Source of the DNA: Klebsormidium nitens
Lineage: Eukaryota > Plantae > Klebsormidiophyceae
DNA length: 64,000 bases
Assembly (NCBI GenBank): GCA_000708835.1
Contig: DF237299.1
Span: 33,660 to 97,659, forward strand
Direction: 5' to 3'
Shown here: one piece after another, positions 11,813 to 25,147 of the stretch
Numbering within the stretch: the stretch's first letter is position 1
Layout of the letters: the number at the start of each line of letters is the position of its first letter
The notes under the pieces: model-generated
What the model was told of the DNA's origin: nothing
Database searches by the model: none
Seen by the model: the letters and a program-made list of their open reading frames with translations, nothing else
Position numbers and translations under genes: made by a program

Positions 11813-14800
11813 TTAGTCCAATGAGAGCGGCCCTTCTGGTGTGCTTTGTTCCACCCACGCACTCTGCGGCATGGCCGCTTTCTCGATGATACTGTACACG
11901 ACGTCCTCTGGAAGTGACCTGCAGGCTGGCTCGACTTTCAGCAGAGAGCAATATCATCTTCCAGATCGCAGCACTCATGTCAGCAAACGGAGACCATCGC
12001 CCGGCCTTCTGCGCGCTGCGCTGAGCACTCCGGATCTGCCGGCGTCCCAAATGGTGCGGAATTTGTGGGGGTTTGCAATGACTGGCAACGATGTCAAAGG
12101 CGCATAAAAGATCCTGTGTCCTACCACTCGTCCAAAGCTTGCGCATGAGCACGTTGTCGGCTGCATTCCTTACCTGAAAGACGACCCCGATGGACTTCCC
12201 TCCGATGCGGAACCCGCTTCTGATAACGTGCTCGCAGCCAAAAGGAGGAAACGCGTTGCATCCTGCACGGAGCGCTTGCACCGGTTTACTACCAAAGCTT
12301 TGGAGGGCGGAACCGAGACTTTGTCACATTCAGGTGGCTAAAATGCATACGATTTGACCTCCTGGGCTCCGCAACAATGGCTCTATCGATAAAACATCCA
12401 TGAGAACTTTGTGGTGCGCTAAGGATCCTTTCGACCACTCATTGCATGCCGCGACAACAAACGCAGTGCAGCCCAAGAACAGCGAGCGGTCCAGCAGACA
12501 TCCAGACCAGATGCACAACAATCAGGATCTTCCATCCTCCTCATCCGGCCAATCTCACTCTCGCACTCTCACGTGGGACCCTCAGGCAAGACACACGAAA
12601 ACCAAAAGCTTCCATCAGGCAAGACACACGAAAACCAAAAGCTTCCATCCTCTCAACCGGCCATCCGCAAACGTTCTTACTCACCTTGAACCCCGGGGGA
12701 AACAACCGGTGCCGCTCGTAGCTCCACTCCAGCGGCCGGAACTGCAGCACCTGGTTGCGCGTCCCGTGCTCGCCCCCCCCGGCCACCCCGAGCAGCACGC
12801 CGTGCCGCCGCGACACCGCCAACCCGGTCACCTGCACCACTAGTATCAGGCTCTTGTTTATTGCAATGTTGAGTCAGATTCTGCCCGGGGGCCGGGTGGG
12901 GTTGCATTGTGGGTTTACGGTGGACCATCTTAGCTCTGAACCGGGGGTTTTGATTCGACTGAGCCCGGGGAACTGTCTCGAACTGATGCAGCCCAAGCGT
13001 TTCTAATTTCACTGCTGCCAGAGAGGAGGCCTAACTGACGATAGTGGTGAGACATCATACCTGCAGCTGCCGCGCCGGCCCAAACATCATCCTGACCGGG
13101 TTCAGCACGAACATCTGCTGGGGGGGCGCGTTCGCAGGTGTCCCGGCCCCCGGCTTCTGCCACTTCCGGTAACCGGGGCAGTCTGCCTTGATGCACTGGA
13201 GCACCGCGGTGTGGCCCTCGCCGCAGCCCCCCCCCCGGAACTGGGCGGCAGGACACGTGGACTCGTAGTCCGTGACGCGCACGGCTTGGGTTGCGTTGAC
13301 GGGCCGGCGCAGGTCGACCGCGTGCAGGCGGGGGGGGTGGGCGGGCGCAGAGGTGGGGGACTCGGTGTAAAAGAGGAGATTGGGGTCTATGGGGGAGAAC
13401 TGTGAGGAGTCGAACGGAAGGGTCAGCCGCACAACGTGTTGCTCGCAGCACGTGTCGGTGTGGGAGTCGCGCTTTCAGGCTATTGGTGAAGAGAGTAAAT
13501 TCAAGAGTCTCGTAAGCAGTTACCTAGTAGAGACGTGAGGCTGCAGTTGTCAACGATTGGGTCAGGAGGGTAGCGATAGTTGAACTGGCGCTACGAGTCG
13601 AGCGGACGGTGTGGACGCTGCTCGAACGTTCACGCGATCGCAGCAGTTATATGTTGACGACCCTCCATTCCTTTGATGACTTTTGCTCCGCACCCATTCC
13701 TCTACGAAATGGGACCTGTCAAAACGGAGGTCCAACTTTCCACTCTGTTTTTACATTCTCCAACCCTCATGCAAAGCCTTGTGACTTGGAGAGATCTCCA
13801 TAAGAAAGACCATGTGTATCAACCCCAAGAGCAGTCGTTCAACTCATTCTCACCTGCAGCGCTAAGCAGGGGTGGTTGTGCGTGTACGTCCCGACCACCT
13901 CCGCGACCGCCACGTCACAGGGGCTGTTCCGCGTGGCGGCCCGCTTGCGCCCGGTGGGCGCCTTAACGCGCCACACGCGCACCACGTGGTCGGTGTCGCT
14001 GCTGGCGGCCAGCAGGTCCGAGCGGCTGTTCCAGGCGACGTACTGCGAGGACACGTGTCACGGTATCACTGGGCGGAACTTCCGAAGGCGAAATACCTTG
14101 GGTTTCCGATTTCGGGTGCTCAAGTTCCTCTTGTCCACTTTGAGAAAGAGTAGAGGGAAAGCAGAGGCTCGTTGTGCGCTTCGATGCCACGCAAACTTGC
14201 GCCAAGCATCGTGACTCCGGACGAAGATGCGCACGTGCAGCGCAGCAAACGCACAATTTCGTCACATGTGATGACTCACTTTGATACGAGCAACTCGTGG
14301 CTCGAGAACGGCGCTCGTGCAACTTCGCAATACTTCTCGTCAGAATGCGTTCCTAGTTTTCAAGATGGTCCAATCGTCGGCGTTCTCGGTCAACATTCGA
14401 AAGACCTAAGGTTTGACTTGCAGCTCTTTTGTCAAACCTACTATTGGGTTCCAAAGGCTGCGAGCAAGGCCCCTGATCTGGAACCGTCGAATGGACGACA
14501 AGGGGAGGCATCGGACGGTTGGCTCAAAATCAAAAACCATATCGGAGAATCTGGAACCCGATTCCCAAGACGACGCAAAGAGCTATGGAATGAGGGGCTG
14601 GCCACCGCACCTGGCAGCCTCTGTAGCCTCTGACGGACATGCGGTGCGACCTTTCGTGGATGCTGAGCGAGGCCATGTTGGCCGTGGAGTAGTTGTTCGC
14701 CTGGTCGAGCACCCACACCTGCAGTCACAAAACGGTCCGGTTCAACATCGATGCGTGACCACTTCTCTTGAGATCGTGCGAATCAAAGGCAGGGGCGGTC

Positions 14801-17800
14801 AATCCGCTCTCTGCTGCGAAGCGTTTTGCCCGTCCGCTCGACGAGCCTGTCTCCAAACAGAAAGTTCGGGTTGCTGTACTGCCGAAAGAACTCAGAAAGA
14901 GCGCCTCAAAGACGCCTAAGAAACGATACGCGGTGCTGCGCCAGAGAGCGCACGGCAAGGCGAGCAAGAAACATAACCGTCCTTGCAACGACGAGGGCCG
15001 AGCGTGCCTGCACGGTCTATCGGACGTGCTTGTCACGTCTTCGAAGCATCTCAATGAAGAAAGTTGAGCAGAAAAAGTGGCGATTCGCAAGGCAAGGCTC
15101 CCAGTGGTGACTCAGCCCTAGCTCCTTTTTGCCCGCTTGGACCGCATTGGCAACGAAAGGATGCCATTTCACCTAGCATCACCCTATCAAGTCTGCGTCA
15201 ATGAATGCTTCTCGGCGACCAGAAAGAGGGTCCTTACGCCCGCACTGTCGCCCACGACGGCCAGGAGCTTCCCGTCCGGCGAGGCGGCCACGCAGTTGAG
15301 CGGCGCCCTGAAGCGTCCGATGACGTCCGTCCACAGCTCCGCGCCGTCCGGACCACGCAAGCAAGGTGGTTCCCTGGAAACACGACCAAGGGCTCCTTTC
15401 CCGTTTCCTATTTTCTGACTTTTCATCGAACATCTTACCGCTTTGGTCGCTGTTGTCGTCTGTCTTTTCCAGGTCAATTCGATTCTGAAGCGCAAAGGGC
15501 GAGCGATGATGCAACGCTTGCTTCAGTATTCGAGCTTTAGCCCCTATGATTTTCACAACTATGAAAAGTGATCAAAGGGCCTGATTCTATCACCAAACCC
15601 ACGAGTGCTTGAAACGCCCGTACACAGAAATGACGACCATCGTCACCCGCTGAGCGTTCTCTCACCGGCGATAGGCACCCGGTTGCCGGTCGTACGCAGG
15701 GGAGTAGTGCTTTTTCAAGCTGCCACTCAGAAAGGCTCTCATATCGATTGCTGCGGAGCCCGCAGTACTGGAGGAAGACGGTCCCGCTTCCCCCGGTCGG
15801 TTTGCCCGGGCGGCTCCAGCCCGGGGCACGTTGAACACGTACACGAAGCAGTCCTGACTCGCGACGAGCAGCTTCATCTGTAGGGCAGGCGCGCGCTGGG
15901 ATTTGTGTTCAAGCATACCTCTGTCGAAGTGTTCGGTGTGTGTGGACGATTGTCAGGGACTGACCTTCATCCGGTGCGACGATACGTAGAACTCTGCTGG
16001 TGGTGGAAAGAGGGTTTGTGCGTGCTTCGTACTTCCATTTCCATGTACTGCACCTCCGTTCGGGCTATTCGGTTCGTGAGATGGTGTTGGCCGAATTCGA
16101 CGATTCCAGGGGAGAGCCTTCCAATAAGCAAGTGACGATTCTGCTGTCAGCAGAATGGACCACCGAAATTATTCGACTGACTCGTTGGCTTGATAAAGCA
16201 GACGGACGAAGCTACAGAGCACGTGTCCGACGCACCTCGTTTCCGCAGCGCCCGAACCTGACGCCGTTGTTCATCTGGCAAGATCCCACTCGAAACTCGG
16301 CGACCTGCTGGAAGTTGACCCCTGTGCCTGCGTAGCCAAGACAGAACGAGCCCTTCGTGAAAACCCCAGAAGTGAGCCCCTGAAAGCATGCACGTTTCAA
16401 AGAGGCTGCCACAGGCGTCGGGCTTATTCACACCCCCAAGAAATGCACAATCGGGCTCCAGACCAAACCCTTGTTTCCGTAGCTTGTCGTGTGGCTTGAT
16501 AAATCTTCTGCTTGACCAGAACCTTCTTCCGGAGAAGGGAGGGGTCGATACAGTCGAAACAACATACTGTCTGGACATCAACGGAACCTATGGGCATAGA
16601 GCAGATTTGTCGGCTGCACGGGGCTCACCCTTTTTGGCGTCTGGACGCAGTCGGAAAATCTTGAGCTCCCGGGTGCCCACGGCTCCAAAAAGGTCTTCGT
16701 GGCGAGCGATGCTGCGGAGAATGAGAAAAATATGGATGATTGACGTTACCTCAAAGTTAAGCATTACTTCGAATGGTGGAGGCATCACTTGCAACGAAAA
16801 GCAGAATAAGCTCGGATTTGATCGGAACACACCTCCATTAAGATCAGGCAACCAGTTCGACGCAACATACAAGATAGACTCACCTCAATAGAAGAAGAGA
16901 TAGATTTATATTTCTTGAACATCGCCGGTGTTCATCGCCCGTGATCTTTCGAACACTCCAACTTCGAACAACCCGATAAATCAGCCTTTACTTAATCACA
17001 TCTATCTCTTCTTACCTATACGGCTTGAAGCCTAAGTCCACTGCAGTGACCAGTACTCGCTCCGCCAGGTCATAAAGAACGGCAAACTTCCCCTCTGCAC
17101 AAGGGACCACAAGATTGAAGAAAATTGAGCGCCTGAGTGGTTCTCAATACAGGGCGGCTTATCTGATGCCTTAAAGCAGCCCCTGTGACAGACTTTTGAA
17201 ACTTCTAATCCTGAAGCAACCAGTTTGAGCGCCTCCAAGCTTAGATGCGCCTTTGCGCGTGTTCCTCAACAGCGTAACCTGCTACAAATCAAGAGAGGCC
17301 TGACATGATCGTCACAAAATGACCAATGCGTGCATCGTATAGTGACAGGTATTGCACAGAGGAATGCATGAAAGCGACACTTGCCTGTGAAGAGAAGGCT
17401 GTCGCTGTCTATGTCCGCCAGGCTCAGAGCGTCGCAGCACCTGTACAAGGATGAAGCAGAGCTGGTAAACTGGTGCAAACATGAGAAACAGATGAGATGG
17501 CCCATCGAACACCAATCATTCTGAAAGGGACTGGACCGACTCTGTTTTACACTTACAAGTGTGAAAGAGACCATTAAGTGGAGTCGATGAATGGGCATGC
17601 GAGCGCGTAACGATCAGAAATTAGCAACGAAGATGCCTTGACAACAGACGTCTGCATGCTAAACCACCATAGTGGTCCTTTGAAGGGTCTCCTGTTCTTG
17701 AGGGTGGTTTCAAGAACTCAATTTAGATATCTGCCTGGAAGGTTTGATGGCAGGCACCTGACACAACATTGTTGATTCAGGAAGTGCCAGGATGAAAACC

Positions 17801-18597
17801 ACTGCGGAAAGATGCGGGAGACCTCGACGGTTAGAACCTTGTCACGTCAACAGGCTGCTGGCTTGAGGAGGGAACCAAGAACCTCTGAATCCAACCAACA
17901 CAGATGTTCACTGCTGTGCGATTGCAAAGGTTTTGCTAGCATTTGACGAACTTTCCGGCACTAAATTTGGCAGCATTGTTTTCCCTTGAAAGTGGCCTTC
18001 TCAAGACAATTGCATCCTTACTGCAGCCACTAGGGCAAAGTTCCACTCGTATGAGAGGGGCTAATAAATTCTATAATGCCAAGACCCACACATACAGAGC
18101 ACTAACTGTAAATGAGCAAGGATTCCAAGCGAAGGCCAAGTTTGAGCTTCCAAAAGGAAATTTCATACTAAAGCAACATGAGGTATGGATGGAGGTATCT
18201 TGGCGGGTTTCCAAGCTTAATCAGATGGGTACAAAACACGGGTGAAAATGCTGCTGAGAAGCCGATTGCCTTACTGGTGGTGTGGAACGGAGGTGTGGAC
18301 CCCATGGTGTTCTACGTCCCCCGCCTCCGCCAGCAGCAAATTCAGCCCTCCAGCAGGCTGCCCTATCTCCGAGTCAGAATCAAAAGAGTCCACCACGACC
18401 AACGAGTCATCCTCGGAGTCGGTCACCAAATCCTCGTCACTCAAAAAGGAGAGGTCGTCATCGGAATGCAGCTCGTTGACACCAAGCATCGCCGCGAAAT
18501 CCTCGTAATCCTCAACCTCATAGTCTTCGTCTTCCTCGGAATCGTAGGCAGCGTTCAGCAAGCCTGGCAGGGCGTTGGCGGGATCCTCATGCGCCAT
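11813..18597 (-). CDS. Multi-exon WD40-repeat protein, DUF2415/C2A9.03-like, with acidic N-terminus and helical C-terminal extension
   Basis: ATG at 18597 (MAHEDPANAL..., D/E-rich first exon). Later exons encode GKFAVLYDLAERVLV, SIARHEDLFGAVG, QMNNGVRFG..MKLLVASQDCFVYVF, PLNCVAASPDGKLLAVVGDS, VAWNSRSDLLAASSDTDHVVRVW and QFSPIDPNLLFYTE. The last three exons (..FPPGFK|DATRFLLLA..SSFR|SLPEDVVYSII..LD*) are phase-consistent; stop at 11813-11815. Confidence 0.8.
12582..12647. repeat. Exact 33-bp tandem duplication in an intron
   Basis: TCAGGCAAGACACACGAAAACCAAAAGCTTCCA occurs twice head-to-tail. Confidence 0.9.
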
Positions 18598-19172
18598 TGC
18601 TCCTGCTTCCTGCTGCGCGCCAAGCAGAAAGTTGCACGAAAACTTCTCGGACGAGCTCATTGACATTGTCATGAGTCATGTGCAAGAAGGGCATCGGGGA
18701 AGCTGGCAGTGGGGGAAGCCTGAGGCTGAGGTCCATCCCCTCCCACGTGGTCTACAGAGCTAATGTCAGTCGTTGGATGAGACAAGGTCAAGCCCTGGAC
18801 GGCTGCAAAAGTCTCCAAACTTTTGGTCCACCTGGATCGAGCTGTCTTGAGAGCTTTGCACTGTGCAGGCTGGCCCACTACTAGTGTAGCTTCACTAATG
18901 ATCAGGGCTCTGCATGCTGTTCTGGAGCGGTGGAGAGGAGGCGCAGAGAGAGAGAGAGAGCTTGAGGGCTTGAGGGGCAGCTGAGCAGCTCCCTGCTTAG
19001 GAAACTGCGCTACGTCAGAACCCGTTCAAAGCATGGCACTGGAGCTCCTCCACAAGATTGGTGAGGCTCAGCACCCATGATTTGAGCACCCTTAAAGCAA
19101 ACGGACCCTTCTAAAAAGTTGAAGGGCCGGGGGTTTGTCTTTGAGTCGGGCTCTTCTCCTGTGCCTTGGAAT

Positions 19173-22100
19173 ATGGGGGCGGCCGTCAGCCGGCACCACC
19201 GGTTCCCCGCCGCCGTGCGCACAAACGTGGACCCAGAGTTGGGGCTCATTGAAGCCAGCAGCCAGGTCACGCCCCTGGATGTACGTGTCAACCTGCCTGA
19301 GCCATCCCCCGTAAGTTACTTCAGTCATACTTGAGAAAGTGAAAAGGTCAGGTTCTGCATAATACAAGCATCTCAACTGTTTCAGCATACTGGAGAGCAT
19401 GGTTCTAAGGAGCAGCTATCTTGTGAAAGTTGAGTCTGGATACTTCAGGCTGCCACGAAATCGTTGTGCGGGCTGTCCGAGAGCTATGCAATTTCAAGGC
19501 TTCTATTGAGTGCGCAGTATAGGATACCCCCTCATTGGCAGACCAAGTTTTAGAGGATCAGCAGACCGCATTCTTTGTCTGAAATGCTGAGTCATGTATT
19601 TCAGCTGCCCAAGCTACGCCCTACGCGCACCATCAAGTCGAGCGTCAACCTAAAGAAGCAGTCCCTGAGGCTCAAACTGGACAAAACTCGCACGCTGCTG
19701 CCTGGCCAAGCCCCAAAGTTCCAGCTAGCGTTTGAATTAGACGCGCTGGAAGCGTGCAAGTGAGTCTGCCCGCCCGTAAATTGCCAGATCTCAAGAGGTT
19801 GAGGACAGTCAAATGGCCTTCAGCAGCAAGATGCATGCGTGTCCATTGTTTGATTCCAGCATTCATGCCAAAGTTGCAGAGGGCTGGAAGCAGGAGCAAA
19901 CAGAGGAAAGTGATTACAATGCTCGTTGCGTTATGGTTGCAGGGTCACTGCGTATGTCCTAGGCTATGAGAAATCGGCGAAAGCGGGGGCAGCTCCGGGC
20001 ACGGTTCCAACCAGGTGCGGATTCCCTGCGGTTGCAACCTTCTTGCTGCTTACTCCCCTGCTTTGGAAGGGCCACTGTTAAGAAAAGCTCTCTTTGTAGT
20101 GTGTGACCAACAATGTTGAGATGCTTTGGGGGCCTCCTTTTGATGCTCAGTATACATGAAGTGTCGCTAGTAGCATTGAAGCAGTCGTCCATTTGTTGTG
20201 TTGATCCAGAGTGTGGCATCTTTGCCTTTTGATAGCTTTTTGGACTCCTCTTCCTTTCACCTGGTAATGAGGATGGAAACTTTCTCTATGTTCAATTGAG
20301 CCTCTTGGGCACTTTGATCCGCACCTCGGGCAACGCCATGTGCTTGCAATTTGTCAGCATTTAACGCGGTCATTTCCTTTTGCAGAATCAAGTCGAAGCA
20401 CACGAAGTCTGGCGTAGTCGTGGCCAACTTTGGCAGGGGCCTCGCTCACCAGTTCGAGCACCCCCCTGGGACGGGCCTGACGATACCCATCCCTGAGGTG
20501 CGTGCACTAGGATCATTGTCAAGCCTCTGGGTTAGGTGCTCTGTTTCATATAACCAGGAGGTTTGGACAGGAGCGTTAGACAGGAGCGTCAATCAACTTT
20601 CGATTTACCGAAGTTTCTCGGATCAGTCTGAGAGGCCTCGAGGGCCTTGGTGGCAGTTTGAAGATAACAAAGAATGTACATGTGATGATCCTTGACGCTC
20701 CTGTTGCTGAGGTATGGACTGGATGATGATAGCCCTGTTAAGTCCGCTCTGAACTCTGCACTGATGCTCCCCTACTGCTTTTTTGTAGGGGGAGCCGCTG
20801 CTTTCCAAGTCCGGGAAAACGATCTACCCTTTGGTCATCAGGGTAGAGACTGTAGGCGAACAGGTACGGGCTCACTTCTTTGACTGCCAACCGCAAACGA
20901 CCAAGTACCGTATTCCTGCCAGTAATCTGATTGCGAGGCAGTATGGCACATGTTTTGCAGTCGTCATTTCCAGATCCTTGTTTCATGGCTGCATTCCAGT
21001 TGACGGCAGGGGATGCATCTGATTTGGAGGCTTTATAGAAGCTTTTACCTGTACCCTGATGGTTTTTTATCTGAGAAAATCCAATGAACTTTTTGTTGCA
21101 GGTCGTTGCACGAGGGGGAAAAGAGAATGTCGAGCCCCAGCAGGTATGTATTCTCGTCTCTGAGTAGCATGTTCATATTATCTACTGTCATGCGGGTCAT
21201 TGGCAGCAACTCAGAACCCCAGCGTTCCAGAGATGCGAGTCTACTGCTTAGGGAAGCTTTAAAGATTCGTCCTGGCTTCATCGGTTTGGGGAACTTCTTG
21301 ATGAACAACCTGTGGCGCATGCAGGGGCAAGAACAGGGCCAGCAGGAGAAGAAGGTTGCTGCGCAAGTGCAAACGACATTTGCCACGCTAGTGAAGCAGG
21401 TGGGCCTCAAAACTGATCCAGGGTCTCCTCCATATGCCTGCTGTTCTCCTGTTGGCTGGGCATGATTGTGCGCCCCCGCTTATCTTGGCGCATTCCCAAA
21501 AGATCTTTCAGTTTGTGCATCTGAGCGTTTGGGCTCCGACTGCATCTTGCAGCTGACTCCTCATATAGATCTGCAGAATTTGAGGCATATTTCGATAGGC
21601 TATGCAAAAGCGGAAGCGTCACTCGAGTATTGACACCCCGCTCTTTGCATGATGTCGCCCCATCAAACTTTACCCAAGCTTTTGCGTCTTTCGATTTCTG
21701 AACATCACTGACTCGGCTGGGTTGATGCATTCACTCCTTTCTCACGCCGGAAAACACTGACTGATCTTCCGCTTGGTGTTCGAAAGCATCCTTCAGCTTC
21801 TGACGGCCGCCAAAACTAGCTCACCATCTGGCTTCCAAACATCCGAGTTCGCTCTCGCTCGTCCGCAGGCGGACGGCAGCTTCGAGGCGCAGGTGGCGAA
21901 GCAGGTCCTGTGGGCGCACGGGACGTCGTACGTTCTGCACGAGATTTTCGGGATCGACCGGAACCCCGAGAGCAGCCTCGCGGGCGCTGACGATGCGGGC
22001 AACAAGGTGCGCGTCCCGTCTAGTTTGTGCGCGAACAGCCATTTGCTGCTGAGGCCGTTTTGGGTGCAGGGGCCCCATTACTCGCTGAGGCTCGGAGACG

Positions 22101-22775
22101 CTCCTGCTTTTGGGACCGTTTGCGATAGCCTTCCTGTAGTTGATTGCGAAGAACCTTGGATCGCCTTGTCGAGACCCACAAGAAGCTCTGGCCTCAGTCG
22201 AAATTGCTTCAGCTCTGTTCTTTCCTGCTGTATGACGGAGTCCGGGTGAACCGCACTGGCTCGGGGTAAAGTCTTCACTACACCGACAATTTGCAGATGG
22301 AAACGAAAGACCATTGGTTTCCTTTGCCCCCCAGGAGTGCGTCATCTGCCTAACAGAGATCCGGGACACGCTGGCGCTGCCGTGCCGGCACCTGTGCATG
22401 TGCGCCGACTGCGCCAAGGCGCTGCGGTACCAGACCAACAAGTGCCCCATCTGGTGCGACGCATCCCTTTCCCACTCGCTTGATTAGCCTTGTGGCTAGG
22501 AGGCTTCCTTTATCTTTGAAGTCCAAATCGCTGCCATGCGTGCGCATCTAGGGACTGCCATCGAGCCCGCTCCTTGATGGTTTCAGATGTTGGGCTGTAT
22601 GCGAAAGGGGCCGGTTGTACTTAGTCAGGGCATGTCCTTCTTTGTGCTTCATTGACAGCACTGCTTCTGGACCGCGCCTTGATTGCTGACGTCATCGCTT
22701 ACCTGCAGCCGTTGTGTGGTGGAGTCGCTTCTCGTGATCCGGGTTTCAAACGGCAAAGCGGGGACGGCAAGGTGA
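19173..22775 (+). CDS. LOG2: LOG2/LUL (Mahogunin/MGRN1-type) RING E3 ubiquitin ligase
   Basis: Starts MGAAVS (possible N-myristoylation Gly). Exons encode TIKSSVNLKKQSLRL, VTAYVLGYE, NFGRGLAHQFEHPPGTG, IYPLVIRVE and QVAKQVLWAHGTSYVLHEIFGI. The RING [41 protein letters not shown] begins in exon 22335-22453. Stop TGA at 22773-22775. Confidence 0.92.
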
Positions 22776-23839
22776 CGGGGGAGTGGGTGCGGTCGGTAGA
22801 GGGTCTCAGAAGGGACCTTTCGCACCTGTAAAGCACTAGCACGAGCACAAAAAGGCCTCTCTACGCCTTGCAGGCGGACGCCGTCAGGTCTGAACCAATA
22901 AATTGATTCTTACGGGTCCGATCAGCTTGCCCAGATCCAAGTGACAGCAACTTCTATCACATGTTGGATTCAGACTGGTAGGCGGGCTTTAGGGGTAGAT
23001 AAAAGAGGGGGCTACAAAGAACCACTACCCTCGCCAGTTGCATGTCGAGCTTTTGGGAGCTCGCGAAGAGTTTGTACATACGCCTAATCTTGATTCTTAG
23101 CTGCAGGACATTCAGAAAGGAGGACCTTTCCGTATGCTCGAGAAGGGCTCTGAAAGCTCTCAGTCAAGCATACGCAGCGACTAATAAGTGGTTCTGCTGA
23201 GTAGGTACAGACTGAATGAAATTGGATCGATCGAACGTGTTGGATTTGACCTAGGCTTGCCAATAGCAACGAATTGAAGCATTTGCTGCCATGTTGGAAG
23301 CCATCTGCTGCATTGTTGGTTTAATTATTGCTTTACAGAGCTTGCTTGTCAAATATATCGCATGGCAAAGTAATGTGGTCATTTCCTTTGATGATTCATG
23401 CCATGGGCTTGAACACATTGAGCTATGCATGCATGGCTCAATCAACGGCACAAGACCTTATATGAGGCAACGGGTTCGGAGCCTGTGCGCTCAATGCCAC
23501 TGGCGTCGAGTCCTCACATGACAGGAGCCTCTCACAGCATGACTTTCAAGTGGCTGAACCTGCCACCTGCTTCATCACAATCTGACATACCTTCACTTGC
23601 CGACTCTAGAACAGCTAAAACTCCATTGCTTCCTCGTTCACCTCGTGTGCTGGGTTGCTAATGATGCCAGGAGTCTGGTGCACAATGTCCCCGCATTACT
23701 TATAGTGACAGTCTTACTGTAGTAGATACGGTATGCTCAGCCCGAGTCGATCAGCCCTGCATACTATTAAAGGGTCTTCTCTTCGTCTGAAGAGCAATGC
23801 AGAGACACAGGGGAGACACAGAGAGTGGCAATTGTGTCT

Positions 23840-24234
23840 GGGCGGTCACATCTGGGCGGTCACATCTACGACTTTGAAAAAGTTCGGGGCTCCCGAAAAA
23901 GAAAAGTTCGGTACCGTATAACGCCTTTCGGTCACATCATATAAGCTGGTGCTTCGGGACTACCGGAACCTGGCAAGGGGGAAGTACAAGAGGTCCCCCT
24001 TGAAACCCGCGGATCCACTACAGTTTGCCCGCGGAGGCTGTCTACCGTCGAAACTTTTAGTACGGCTCCGGAAAAGTTCGGGAGTCCCGAAGTATGTTCG
24101 GGACCACCGTAGAAAATGTCCGCGATGTTTTTCGGTAGTCCCGAAGCTGTTTTTTTCACCGTCGGGGGAAAAAAGTCCCGAACTTTTCAAAGTTCGAGAC
24201 TACCGAACCTCGAAAATCTTAGATGTGACCGCCC
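23840..24234. mobile_element. ~395-bp MITE-like element with 14-15-bp TIRs; left TIR tandemly duplicated
   Basis: GGGCGGTCACATCT at 23840-23853 and 23854-23867; reverse complement AGATGTGACCGCCC at 24221-24234. The interior is rich in AAAAGTTCGG/CCGAACTTTT motifs. No clear TSD. Confidence 0.7.
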
Positions 24235-24517
24235 TATCATGTCACACATGGCGAGATGGCGCCGCCCTTCATCTACCTGGAAGATTTCATGCAGAATTCA
24301 GCAGGGTCACCGGCTACGGTATCCGAGGGTACAGCTAGAATAGACATTTCTCCTTCGCTCAGTGGATTTCAAGTTTTCGGAGTTACAGTGTTCAACGTTT
24401 GCTTTAGCTAGGTTAGAGAGAGTAGCAGTATCTCATACTAGATGTTCGAACTCGATCGAATCTTGTGTTGACACCATTCGGGCCCATGGCGCAAGCTACG
24501 GTCCTTATAATAGACGT

Positions 24518-24544
24518 ATGAATGAATGAATGAATGAATGAATG
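24518..24544. repeat. (TGAA)n microsatellite
   Basis: About six tandem TGAA units. Confidence 0.85.
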
Positions 24545-25147
24545 CGTATTCCGTATGGTTGTCCCCGTGGTTGTCCTATAGAGATCGAAGTTCCGGCGGA
24601 ATAACCGGTCACTTTCGCCCCACGTCTTTCCACCTTTGCTGATCGATTCCCCAACCGCTTTCATTTACCGCCGGCCAAATGGCGTCCTACATCCTGTGAA
24701 TTTAGGGTTTTGCTTTTGCATCCTAGAGCTATTAGGGTTTGGTTTGCCTGTGATTTTATGCATGCCATGTTCGCGCCAAAAAGATCTGGGCTCCACCTGG
24801 CATGCCAGTGTCAGCAGCCTGAGGGCGAAAGTTTTTGCGCAATATGGCGCCCTCTTCATGAAGTTTGATTGAGCCCGTCTTGAGCAGCACCGCAGTCACG
24901 GTGGCGCTGTCGAGGGCATTTATCAGGACCTGATCTCCCTGCCGCATTGCCTTCGGTTGCAGATCAGCTCTTTTTTAACCGTGACCCCAAGAAGCAGCGC
25001 CTCCTAAGGTGGCGTTAGAAAGCATTGACGCCATCAGCAGTGGTCACTCAATCCGCGCAGGTTGTCCTTGATCATCACTGGTTGGCTTTCTCTACACTGG
25101 GCCATGTTTGTTGTCAAAAGCTGATCAGAGGACACTCCTGCTCAGAG

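Noticed and set aside
16750-16790. Apparent exon VMPPPFEVMLNFE in the WD40 gene
   Set aside because: Phase-incompatible with the upstream exon (would give an immediate stop); the flanking exons join correctly without it.
24756-24990. Minus-strand ORF fragment MRQGDQVLINALDS...
   Set aside because: No clear splice partners or homology; lies in the Nudix upstream region.
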